From Thermoanaerobaculia bacterium (GTDB lineage Bacteria > Acidobacteriota > Thermoanaerobaculia > Multivoradales > JAGPDF01), in assembly GCA_043737505.1 (NCBI GenBank), contig JAYTAM010000255.1, positions 1 through 33,613 of the forward strand: a stretch of 33,613 bases of DNA. Reading direction: 5' to 3'. The stretch's first letter is position 1, and every line of letters begins with the position of its first letter. Made by a program: the position numbers and the translations under genes. A model generated the notes under the pieces. It was not told where the DNA came from. It worked only from the letters and a program-made list of their open reading frames with translations, and did no database searches. This document shows, one piece after another, positions 19,037-27,378 of the stretch.

Positions 19037-20365
19037 ATGAAGCGATCGCAATGGCGGTGGGCAGCGGCTCGTGCACTCGCATTCTGCATCCTCTTGCCGA
19101 CGGCGGGCGCAGCGGCCGAAGCTCCGTCGGTGACCGCCTTGTCGGATGCCAGGGCGGCGCTCGACCGGGGAGACCTGGATCTCGCGCGTCCGGTTCTCGC
19201 GGCGGCGGCAGCGGGGGGGCTCTTCGAGCTCGCGCTGGCCGAGCGCGGCGAGTCGCGCGCCGCCGATCTCGCTCGTGCCGGCGCGCTCGCGCCCGAGGGG
19301 CATTGGTTGCGTCCGGCGGTCGCCGGAGTGACGCTCCTCGACGCAGGGAAGTCGGCGGAAGCGGCGCTGAAGTTGCGCGAAGCTCTGGCGGCGAAGGGCG
19401 CCGACAAGCGCCTGCAGAAGTTCCTCGGCGATGCCCTGCGCGACCAGGAGGATTCCGCGGGAGCTCTGGCGGCGTACAGCGCCGCAGTCGCCCTCGATCC
19501 GGGATATACGGCGGCACTGCTCGCTATCGGCGACCTCAAGCGCTCGGCCGGGGACTTCACCGCCGCCTACAACGCCTACAACCACGCCCTCGACGAGCAG
19601 GGCCGGCCGGTGGCAGCGTTGTTCGGCCGCGCCGCGGCGCGTCTGTACCTCGGCGACGAAGACGGAACCTTCGCCGATCTGGCGAAGGCGGTCGACGCCG
19701 CGGCTCCGGGCACCGAGCGCTATCGCGCCCTGATGTCGATCGTCTACACCCACACCTACCTGCGTCAGCTCCCGCAGGGCCTCGACCGGGCCGAGCAGGC
19801 GGTCGCCATGTGGCAGGAGCTCGGGCGCCCAGACATGGCCGCAGCCGCCTGCAACGCCGTCGGCCGCGTCCTTCTCGAGACCGGCAGCAGCGGCGCCGCG
19901 CTCGACTGGTATGACCGCGGCTGGGCGATCGTCCAGGGTTCCACCATGAAAGTGGAGGAGCGCCCGATCTGGCACGTGCGACAGCTCCACGGCGCGGCGC
20001 GGGTGGCGGCGCTGCGGCGCGAGGTGCGCAAGGCGCAGGCGCTGGCCGATGAGGCGAAGGTCCTCATGGACGCCGATGCCGGGAACGCCGAGCACTACAC
20101 ATGGATCTATCCCTACCTGGTGGGTTACCTGCACTACCAGGACAAGCGCTATCCGGAAGCGATCGAGCAGCTCTCGCTGTCGGAGACCGATCGCGCCTAC
20201 ATCCAGTTCCTCATCGCCGACTCGTACGCGAAGATGAAAGAACGCGAGAACGCCCGGATCTGGTACGCGAGGGCGCTGGCGAGCGCTTCGGGTCTCGACC
20301 CGGAGTCGGTCATCGTGCGCCCCCTGGCGACGGCCTGGCTGGCGAAGAACCCCGCCGGCTCCTGA
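19037..20365 (+). CDS. Secreted TPR-repeat protein
   Basis: AAGGAG lies 6 nt upstream of ATG 19037. There is a signal peptide (MKRSQWRWAAARALAFCILLPTAGAAAEA). TPR-like Ala/Leu/Tyr repeats are present (e.g. GALAAYSAAVALDPGYTAALLAIGDL). The alternative start ATG 18995 would overlap the SufE stop (ATGA). Confidence 0.7.
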   Translation: MKRSQWRWAAARALAFCILLPTAGAAAEAPSVTALSDARAALDRGDLDLARPVLAAAAAGGLFELALAERGESRAADLARAGALAPEGHWLRPAVAGVTLLDAGKSAEAALKLREALAAKGADKRLQKFLGDALRDQEDSAGALAAYSAAVALDPGYTAALLAIGDLKRSAGDFTAAYNAYNHALDEQGRPVAALFGRAAARLYLGDEDGTFADLAKAVDAAAPGTERYRALMSIVYTHTYLRQLPQGLDRAEQAVAMWQELGRPDMAAAACNAVGRVLLETGSSGAALDWYDRGWAIVQGSTMKVEERPIWHVRQLHGAARVAALRREVRKAQALADEAKVLMDADAGNAEHYTWIYPYLVGYLHYQDKRYPEAIEQLSLSETDRAYIQFLIADSYAKMKERENARIWYARALASASGLDPESVIVRPLATAWLAKNPAGS

Positions 20366-20382
20366 AGAGTCCTGAGGATCGC

Positions 20383-22074
20383 TTGGCGTCGCCGCAGCGG
20401 GCCGGACGATGGGGAGGGGCACTGCCGGTCGCGGCGGGCATCTTCTGCAGCCGCCTCGCCGGACTGCTGCGCACCAGCGCGCTGGGCGCCTACTTCGGCG
20501 TCGGGCCGCACGCGGACGTCTTCAGCGCCGCCCTGCGCTTGCCGAACCTGCTGCAGAACCTGCTCGGGGAGCAGACGCTCTCGGCGGCGTTCATCCCGGT
20601 CTATTCGCGGCTTCTGGCGGCGGGGAAGCGGGAGGAGGCCGGCCGGCTCGCCGGCGCGGTTTTCGCGCTCCTGGTCGCGGTCGCCGGGGGTGCGGCAGCG
20701 CTCGGCGTGCTGCTCGCGCGGCCGATCGTCGGCCTTCTGGCGGCCGGTTTCCTGCGCGACCGCGAGCTCATCGCGTTGGGTGAGGCCGGGGTCGATCGCT
20801 ACGAGCTCGCGGTCGCGGCCGTGCGCTGGATCTTTCCGATGACCGCCACGCTGGTGCTCTCGGCCTGGGCGCTGGGGGTGCGCAACAGCCACGGGAAGTT
20901 CTTTCTGTCGTACTTCTCGCCGGTGTTCTGGAACGCCTCGATCGTCGGCGCCGTGGCCTGGACCGCCTACCGTACCGATGCGGGAGGCGGGAACGGCGGT
21001 CTGGCCGAGCCCGGCTTCGCCGACCGGCTGCTCGAAGCGGCCTGCGCCGGTGCGCTCCTGGGTGGCGTCCTCCAGTTCCTCGTTCAACTCCCTGGATTGC
21101 GCAAGGACCTCGCGGGCTTCCGGCTCTCGTTCGACCTGGGAGCGAAGCCGGTGCGCGAGGTGCTGGCCGCCTTCGGACCGACTCTGGCCGGACGGGGCGT
21201 CGTCCAGCTGTCGTCCTACCTCGATCAGCTGCTCGCCTCGTTGCTGGCGGCCGGAGCGGTGGCGGCGCTCTTCTACGCTCAGACGCTCTACCTCTTGCCG
21301 GTCAGCCTGTTCGGAATGTCGGTGGCGGCCGCGGCGCTCCCCCGGTTGTCGCGCAGCGGCGGCGCCGGTTCGGAAGAGGAGCTCGCGAAGGGGACTGCGC
21401 AGGCGCTCGAGAACGCCGCATTTCTGAACCTTCCGAGTTTTCTGGCGTATCTTTTGCTGGGACTTCCGTTAGTGGAGGGGATTTTCCAAATTTTTGGAAG
21501 GGGATTCGGTGCAGCCGAGAGCCGGCTCGTTTACCTCGTGCTCGCCGCTTACTCGATCGGCTTGCCGGCGGCGACTTCCGCGCGGATCCTCCAGGCCGGC
21601 TTCTACGCCGGGGGAGACACTCGGACCCCGGCCCGGATCGCGGTTCTGAGGGTGGCGACGAGTCTGGCGGTGGGACTGCCGGCGATGCTCTGGCTCGACC
21701 GCTTGCGCCTCGGCGACCTGCAGTACCTCGGAGCCCCCGACAGCGCGCTTCGCCTCGGTGCCGTCGGTCTCGGGCTCGCTGCGACCGCCGCGGCCTGGCT
21801 CGAGCTCGCCGCGCTTCGCCGAGCGGCGAGAAGCGGCCTCCCCGGCCTCGTCTGGCCTTCGAAAGCCTCCCTGCGCTTCAGCCTTTACGCCCTGGTCGCC
21901 GCTGTACCCGCCGGCACCCTGACCTTCCTGACCTCTGGTTGGCCCGTCCACCCGACTGTGCGCGCGGCGGCGATCTTCATGGTCTTCGGTGCCGCCTATC
22001 TCGGGCTGGCCGCGGCTTTCGGCGAGGTGCCGGCGCGGGCCTTCGCAGCGCGACTGCGCAAGGGGACGTCATGA
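20383..22074 (+). CDS. murJ: Lipid II flippase MurJ (MviN family)
   Basis: MurJ N-terminal motifs are present: SRLAGLLRTSALGAYFGVGPHADVFSAALRLPNLLQNLLGEQTLSAAFIPVY. The protein is multi-pass. The start is uncertain: TTG 20383, or CTG 20362 overlapping the upstream TGA. There is no in-frame ATG near the N-terminus. Confidence 0.85.
   Translation: MASPQRAGRWGGALPVAAGIFCSRLAGLLRTSALGAYFGVGPHADVFSAALRLPNLLQNLLGEQTLSAAFIPVYSRLLAAGKREEAGRLAGAVFALLVAVAGGAAALGVLLARPIVGLLAAGFLRDRELIALGEAGVDRYELAVAAVRWIFPMTATLVLSAWALGVRNSHGKFFLSYFSPVFWNASIVGAVAWTAYRTDAGGGNGGLAEPGFADRLLEAACAGALLGGVLQFLVQLPGLRKDLAGFRLSFDLGAKPVREVLAAFGPTLAGRGVVQLSSYLDQLLASLLAAGAVAALFYAQTLYLLPVSLFGMSVAAAALPRLSRSGGAGSEEELAKGTAQALENAAFLNLPSFLAYLLLGLPLVEGIFQIFGRGFGAAESRLVYLVLAAYSIGLPAATSARILQAGFYAGGDTRTPARIAVLRVATSLAVGLPAMLWLDRLRLGDLQYLGAPDSALRLGAVGLGLAATAAAWLELAALRRAARSGLPGLVWPSKASLRFSLYALVAAVPAGTLTFLTSGWPVHPTVRAAAIFMVFGAAYLGLAAAFGEVPARAFAARLRKGTS
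21484..21499. repeat. Inverted repeat TTCCAAA-tt-TTTGGAA inside murJ
   Basis: Read directly from the sequence: 7-bp perfect arms with a 2-nt spacer, embedded in an unusually AT-rich 80-nt patch. Confidence 0.85.
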
Positions 22075-23186
22075 AGCATCTCGTCGCTCGCCTGGCGGCG
22101 CTCGCCGTGGGCTCCCTTCTCGCCGCCGGCTGTGCGACGCGCGGCCTCGGCGTGAAAATGGAGGACGAGCTCCAGGCGCAGATTCGTGCCCGTGGAGTCG
22201 ATCCGGCGACGGTCGTCGTGCCGTTCGCTGCCACCGACGAGATGCGGCGCTGGCTGGCAGCCGAGGTGCCGATCTCGACCCGTAACGAGACCCAGCTCCA
22301 ATGGTTGCTGCAGGCGCTGCTGAACCGGACCTCGGCCCCTCTGACCTACGCCGCCGGCCATACCGGAACGGCCACCGAGGCCTTTGCCAGCGGGACGGCC
22401 AACTGCCTCGGCTTTTCTCAGCTCTTCGTCGCTCTGGCGCGCGAGATCGACCTGCCGGTCTACATGTTGCGGGTCTCGGACCTCCAGAGCTTCGAGCGCG
22501 ACGGCGATCTGATCGTCGCTTCGGCGCACATCACCGCCGCTTTCGGTACCCCCGACCGGCGCCGGATTCTCGACTTCGCGCAGCGCCCGGTGCGCGCCTA
22601 TCGCTGGGTAGAGGAGATCTCCGATCTCACCGCGGTGGCGCTCTACTATTCGAATCGCGGGGCGGAAGAGCTGCGCGAGGGCGACACTGCGACCGGCCTC
22701 CAACTGTTGCGCACCTCCGTACGCCTCGATCCGGAGCTCGCCGAAGCCTGGATCAATCTGGGCGTCGCCGAACGCCGTACCGGCAACCTCGTCGCTGCCG
22801 AGTCGGCCTATCGCACGGCGCTCGAAGTCGACCCCTCGACGGTCACGGCCTATCAGAACCTCTCGGCTCTGCTGCGCCTCGTCGGGCGCGATCAGGAGGC
22901 GGAAGAGCTCCTGGGGCTGGTCGACCGGACCGGAAACCGGAATCCGTTCAGCTACCTCGCGCTGGGCGACCTTTCGCTGCGACTCGGGCGCCTCGAAGAG
23001 GCCGGCCGCTTTTATCGCCGCGCAGTGAAGCTCGATCCGACCCAGGCCGAAACCGAAGCGGCGCTCGGGCATTGGGCGCTCGCCGCGGGCAAGCCGCGCG
23101 AGGCCCAGAAGCACCTGCGCAAGGCGCAGCAGATCGATCCGAAGAACTCCCGCGCCGACGACCTCGCCCGCCGTCTTCAGGGCTGA
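22071..23186 (+). CDS. Lipoprotein with transglutaminase-like (SirB1/YchA-type) domain and C-terminal TPR repeats
   Basis: ATG 22071 overlaps the murJ TGA (ATGA). A lipobox-like signal is present (ALAVGSLLAAGC). A papain/transglutaminase-like Cys-His-Asp arrangement is present (GTANCLGFSQLFVALAREIDLPV ... ASAHITAAF ... ILDF). TPR repeats follow (AEAWINLGVAERRTGNLVAAESAYRTALEVDP and others). Confidence 0.68.
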   Translation: MKHLVARLAALAVGSLLAAGCATRGLGVKMEDELQAQIRARGVDPATVVVPFAATDEMRRWLAAEVPISTRNETQLQWLLQALLNRTSAPLTYAAGHTGTATEAFASGTANCLGFSQLFVALAREIDLPVYMLRVSDLQSFERDGDLIVASAHITAAFGTPDRRRILDFAQRPVRAYRWVEEISDLTAVALYYSNRGAEELREGDTATGLQLLRTSVRLDPELAEAWINLGVAERRTGNLVAAESAYRTALEVDPSTVTAYQNLSALLRLVGRDQEAEELLGLVDRTGNRNPFSYLALGDLSLRLGRLEEAGRFYRRAVKLDPTQAETEAALGHWALAAGKPREAQKHLRKAQQIDPKNSRADDLARRLQG

Positions 23187-23704
23187 AACGAAAAATCCGC
23201 AGGCCCTCCGTTCGATGGCCCCAGCGGGCCACCGGCGGCCTCCCGCCGCCGCCACTGGCGAAGCACTTCGTAGAGCGCGATTCCCACCGCCGTCGAGAGG
23301 TTCAGCGAGCGCACCTCGCGGTCGACGATCGGCAGCCGTACGAGGCGGTCGCGATAGCGCTCCCGGATCTCTCCGGGGAGGCCGCGGCTCTCGCCGCCGA
23401 AGACCAAAGTAACCGGCGAGGGGTATTCGACGTCCCAATAGTCGAGGTTCGCCTCAGCGGAGAAGAAATAGGGCGCGCCGAGGCCCGGCAGATGGCTCTC
23501 GAACGTCGCCCAGCTCTCCCAGCGGCGGGGCGCGACGCGCTCCCAGTAGTCGAGTCCGGCGCGGCGGACCTCACGCTCGGCGAGCGAGAAGCCGAGCGGA
23601 TCGACGAGGTGCAGCTGCGCGCCGGCCGCGAGGCAGGTGCGGCCGGCGTTGCCGGTGTTCCAGTGAATCTCGGGCGCAACGAGCGCCACGTTCAGGTGGG
23701 GCAT
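23177..23704 (-). CDS. trmL: tRNA (cytidine/uridine-2'-O)-methyltransferase TrmL (SpoU/TrmH family)
   Basis: GGAGG lies 5 nt upstream of ATG 23704. SPOUT motifs are present: LVFGGESRGLP and LPIVDREVRSLNLSTAVGIALYEVLRQ. It is 175 aa. The rest of track ORF 23177..24886 is antisense to the adaptor gene and is rejected. Confidence 0.85.
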   Translation of the reverse strand: MPHLNVALVAPEIHWNTGNAGRTCLAAGAQLHLVDPLGFSLAEREVRRAGLDYWERVAPRRWESWATFESHLPGLGAPYFFSAEANLDYWDVEYPSPVTLVFGGESRGLPGEIRERYRDRLVRLPIVDREVRSLNLSTAVGIALYEVLRQWRRREAAGGPLGPSNGGPADFSFQP

Positions 23705-23764
23705 GAAACCTCCGGTTCCCGGCGGTCGTAGTGACGAGCAGGTAGATCTTACGAGGAGAAGACA

Positions 23765-24868
23765 ATGGGCAAGCCGATGAAGATCGTGGTCGGATCGCTG
23801 GCGGTGGGTGTCGCCGCGGTCGGACTCTTTCTCTACAGCCGCAACGCCTCCGCAAAGCAGGAAGGCCTGAAGACCGTGGAGATCGTCCGCGGCGTCATCA
23901 TCGACAAGGCGCTCGCCGTCGGACAGGTCGTGCCCGACCAGGAGATCCAGGTCAAGTCGCAGATCTCCGGCCTCATTGACGAATGCTTCGTCGAAGTGGG
24001 CGACCGTGTCGAGATCGGCCAGCCGCTGTTCTCGGTCAGCCCGGATCCGACGCCACTCGAGCTCGCCGACGCCGAGCGCCGGGTGCAGCTCACCCAGGTT
24101 TCCTACGACCGGGCGCAGCAGGACCTCGAGCGTACGAAGTCGCTGTGGAGCGGTGGCATCCTGGCGCGCGATGCCTTCGATGCGCGGCAGAAGGATTTCG
24201 AACAGGCCCGGATCACCCTCGAGCAGGAGAAGGACAAGCTCGCCCTGCTCAAGGAGGGGCGGATCGTCCGCAAGGTGAACGGCGTCGATTCGGTGATTCG
24301 CGCGTCGGCCGCCGGGACAGTGCTCGAGCGCAAGGTCAATCCGGGCGACCCGGTCGTGCCGCTCACCTCCTTCCAGGAGGGCACAGTGTTGATGACGCTC
24401 GCCGACATGAAGACGCTCGAGTTCAAGGGCACGGTAGATGAGATCGATGTCGGCAAGCTGCACGAGGGGATGGAGGTCCGCATCCAGATCGGCGCCCTGC
24501 CGGGCAGCTCGGTGCTCGCCAAGCTGACGCGCATCGCTCCCAAGGCGCGCGAGAAGGAAGGCGCCACGATCTTCGACGTCGAAGCCGAGATCGACACGAC
24601 GAAGTCGACGGTGACCCTGCGCGCCGGCTACTCGGCGAACGCCGACGTGATCATTCAGGAGAAGCAGGGCGTGCTCCTGGTGCCCGAGCGCCTGGTGACG
24701 ATGGAGAAGGAGAAGGCCTCGGTCGAGGTCCCCGGCGCCAAGCCCGAGGACGAGCCGGTGAAGAAGGAGATCCAGGTCGGGCTCTCCGACGGTCTCAACC
24801 TCGAAGTCGTCGCCGGTCTCGCCGAGGGCGACAAGGTCATCCAGCGTCCGGCCAAGGAAGTCGAGTAG
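23765..24868 (+). CDS. Efflux transporter periplasmic adaptor subunit (HlyD/MacA family)
   Basis: GAGGAG lies 7 nt upstream of the ATG. There is an N-terminal anchor (IVVGSLAVGVAAVGLFLY). A lipoyl-like hairpin is present (VKSQISGLIDECFVEVGDRVEIGQPLFSV). Coiled-coil and beta-barrel segments follow. Confidence 0.85.
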   Translation: MGKPMKIVVGSLAVGVAAVGLFLYSRNASAKQEGLKTVEIVRGVIIDKALAVGQVVPDQEIQVKSQISGLIDECFVEVGDRVEIGQPLFSVSPDPTPLELADAERRVQLTQVSYDRAQQDLERTKSLWSGGILARDAFDARQKDFEQARITLEQEKDKLALLKEGRIVRKVNGVDSVIRASAAGTVLERKVNPGDPVVPLTSFQEGTVLMTLADMKTLEFKGTVDEIDVGKLHEGMEVRIQIGALPGSSVLAKLTRIAPKAREKEGATIFDVEAEIDTTKSTVTLRAGYSANADVIIQEKQGVLLVPERLVTMEKEKASVEVPGAKPEDEPVKKEIQVGLSDGLNLEVVAGLAEGDKVIQRPAKEVE

Positions 24869-24872
24869 CAGG

Positions 24873-26108
24873 ATGTATCTGCGCAACTATCTGCGGCAGT
24901 TCCTGCGGGACGTCCGCGCGCAGAAGCTGCGGCTCTTTCTCACCATCTTCGGGCTCATCTGGGGTACCGCTGCGGTGACTCTGATGCTGGCCTTCGGCGA
25001 GGGACTTCACCGCCAGGTTCTGGTGTCGCAGAAAGGGCTCGGCGACGCCATCGTCATCGCCTGGCCGTCGCGCACCAGCAAGACGTGGCAGGGGCTGCCG
25101 CGCGGACGACGGATCCAGCTCACCGACGAGGATGTCTCCATGCTGCGCACGGAAATCGAAGGGATCCGCAGCATCAGCGAAGAGTACTCCCGGGACGGAG
25201 CCCGCATCAGCTACGGCAAGAAGGCCCTCTCGGTCGACATCTCGGGCTCGAACGTCGAGTTCGGCAACATGCGGTCGATGAACCCGCAGGAAGGCGGGAG
25301 GTTCTTGAATCAACTCGACCTCGACGAGCGCCGGCGGGTGGTCTTCGTGGGAGACCAGCTGGCCATCGACCTCTTCGGCGAGGGAGTCGAGCCGGTCGGC
25401 GAAACCGTCAAGCTCGATGGCGCGCCGTTCACCGTCATCGGCGTCATGGTGAAGAAGGAGCAGGACTCCTCCTACAGCGGGCGCGACAAGGACAAGGCGA
25501 TGATTCCGTCGACCACGTTCCGGGCGATCTACGGCGCGAAGTACATCGAGAATCTGATCTTCCAGGCGAAGGACGTGCAGAAGATCGAGAGCGTGAAGAA
25601 AGCGGTGATCGCGACCGCGGCGAACAAGCATCGCTTCGACCCGACCGACGAAGAGGCGATCCAGATGTGGGACACGACCGAGGGGACGAAGTTCCTCGAC
25701 ACCTTCTTCCTGGTCTTCCGCGGTTTTCTCGGCATCGTCGGCGCGCTGACCCTCGTCGTCGGCGGCATCGGAGTCAGCAACATCATGAACGTCGTGGTCG
25801 AGGAGCGGACGAAGGAGATCGGCATCAAGATGGCTCTGGGCGCGAAGCGCCGCTACGTCGTCGGCCAGTTCCTCTTCGAAACTCTGCTGATTACCGTCGT
25901 CGGAGGTATTTGCGGCTTCCTGATCTCCTGGAGCATCTGCGCGATCTTTCCGGCGTTCGGCTTTCAGGAGTTCATCGGCGATCCGCGGATCTCGTTCCAG
26001 GTCGCCGCGATCACCACCGCGATCCTGGGTGCGATCGGCCTGCTGGCGGGGTACTTCCCGGCCCGCAGCGCGGCGAACCTCCGTCCGGTCGAAGCGCTGA
26101 GGATGTGA
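24873..26108 (+). CDS. ABC transporter permease, MacB/FtsX family (paralogue 1)
   Basis: There is an N-terminal TM helix (LRLFLTIFGLIWGTAAVTLMLAFGEG) and a large periplasmic domain. The C-terminal FtsX-type module is present (GGIGVSNIMNVVVEERTKEIGIKMALGAKRR). Confidence 0.85.
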   Translation: MYLRNYLRQFLRDVRAQKLRLFLTIFGLIWGTAAVTLMLAFGEGLHRQVLVSQKGLGDAIVIAWPSRTSKTWQGLPRGRRIQLTDEDVSMLRTEIEGIRSISEEYSRDGARISYGKKALSVDISGSNVEFGNMRSMNPQEGGRFLNQLDLDERRRVVFVGDQLAIDLFGEGVEPVGETVKLDGAPFTVIGVMVKKEQDSSYSGRDKDKAMIPSTTFRAIYGAKYIENLIFQAKDVQKIESVKKAVIATAANKHRFDPTDEEAIQMWDTTEGTKFLDTFFLVFRGFLGIVGALTLVVGGIGVSNIMNVVVEERTKEIGIKMALGAKRRYVVGQFLFETLLITVVGGICGFLISWSICAIFPAFGFQEFIGDPRISFQVAAITTAILGAIGLLAGYFPARSAANLRPVEALRM

Positions 26109-26110
26109 CC

Positions 26111-27367
26111 ATGTGGAACCTGCCGCTGATCCTCAAGCTCTTCCGGCGCACCGCCGGAATCAATCGCAAGCGCATGGTGATGACGGTCGCCGCGATCGCC
26201 TGGGGAACCCTGTCGATCGTCCTTCTGCTGTCGTTCGGCGAGGGTCTGAAGCGCAACCTCACCAAGGGCAGCCGTGGCCTGGGTGAAGGCATCATCGTTA
26301 TCTGGCCGGGGGCGACCTCCAAGGCTTTCGCCGGCTTCCCGCAGGGGAGGAACCTGCGCTTCCTGCCCGAGGACGCCGCACTGCTCGAAGCGAACATTCC
26401 GGAGCTCGCCCTCACCTCGGCGGAGATGCGCCGCTGGGGCAACACGGTCACCTACGGGCGGACGACGCTCACCAAGCCGGTCGTGGGAGTCGAGCCCGCC
26501 TACGGCGAGTTGCGCAATCAGATTCCGCAGACCGGCGGGCGCTTCATCAACGCCCGCGACGAGGAGCTCAAACGCCGCGTGGTCTTCCTCGGCAACGACC
26601 TGAAGGACGAGCTGTTCGCCGACAAGGAGGCGATCGGCGAAGTCGTCTTCATCAACCAGGTGCCGTTCACCGTCATCGGCATCATGCAGAAGAAGATCCA
26701 GATGGGAACCTACGGCGGGCCGGACGCCAACAACGCGGTGGTGCCGCTGTCGACCTTCCGCGCGCTCTTCGGCCGGCGCTACGTCTCGAACCTGGTGGTG
26801 AAGGCGACCGCTCCTGAGGTCAACGAGGCGGTGAAGAAGCGTCTCTACGAGATTCTCGGCGCCAAGTATCGCTTCGATCCGACCGACGAACGGGCGCTGG
26901 CGATGTGGGACACCGTCGAGTCGCAGAAGATCACCGCCAACATCGCCATCGGCATCGAGATCTTCCTCGGCATCATCGGCGCCCTGACCCTGCTCATCGG
27001 CGGTATCGGCGTGGCCAACATCATGTACGCCGTGGTCAAGCACCGGACGAAGGAGATCGGAGTGCAGATGGCGCTCGGAGCGCGGCGTTCCTACGTCATC
27101 GGTCCGCTGGTCGTCGAGTCGCTCTCGCTGACCGCGATGGGGGGCGTCATCGGCATCGCCGTCGGCGTGGCCCTGGTCCAGATCCTGGCGTTCGTACAGT
27201 CGAAGGCGAACAGTGACGCGCTCGAGTTCATGGGCGCCCCGACCTTCTCGCTCGGCGTGGCGTTCACCACGGTTGCGCTGCTCGGCATGATCGGATTTCT
27301 CGCCGGATTCTTCCCTTCCCGCCGCGCGGTGACCATCCAGCCGGCGGCCGCGCTGCGCTACGAGTGA
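26111..27367 (+). CDS. ABC transporter permease, MacB/FtsX family (paralogue 2)
   Basis: ATG 26111 is 2 nt after the previous stop. The architecture matches paralogue 1, with GGIGVANIMYAVVKHRTKEIGVQMALGARRS. The N-terminal part of track ORF 25085..27367 is an alternative frame of paralogue 1 and is rejected. Confidence 0.85.
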   Translation: MWNLPLILKLFRRTAGINRKRMVMTVAAIAWGTLSIVLLLSFGEGLKRNLTKGSRGLGEGIIVIWPGATSKAFAGFPQGRNLRFLPEDAALLEANIPELALTSAEMRRWGNTVTYGRTTLTKPVVGVEPAYGELRNQIPQTGGRFINARDEELKRRVVFLGNDLKDELFADKEAIGEVVFINQVPFTVIGIMQKKIQMGTYGGPDANNAVVPLSTFRALFGRRYVSNLVVKATAPEVNEAVKKRLYEILGAKYRFDPTDERALAMWDTVESQKITANIAIGIEIFLGIIGALTLLIGGIGVANIMYAVVKHRTKEIGVQMALGARRSYVIGPLVVESLSLTAMGGVIGIAVGVALVQILAFVQSKANSDALEFMGAPTFSLGVAFTTVALLGMIGFLAGFFPSRRAVTIQPAAALRYE

Positions 27368-27378
27368 GGTAACAACCC

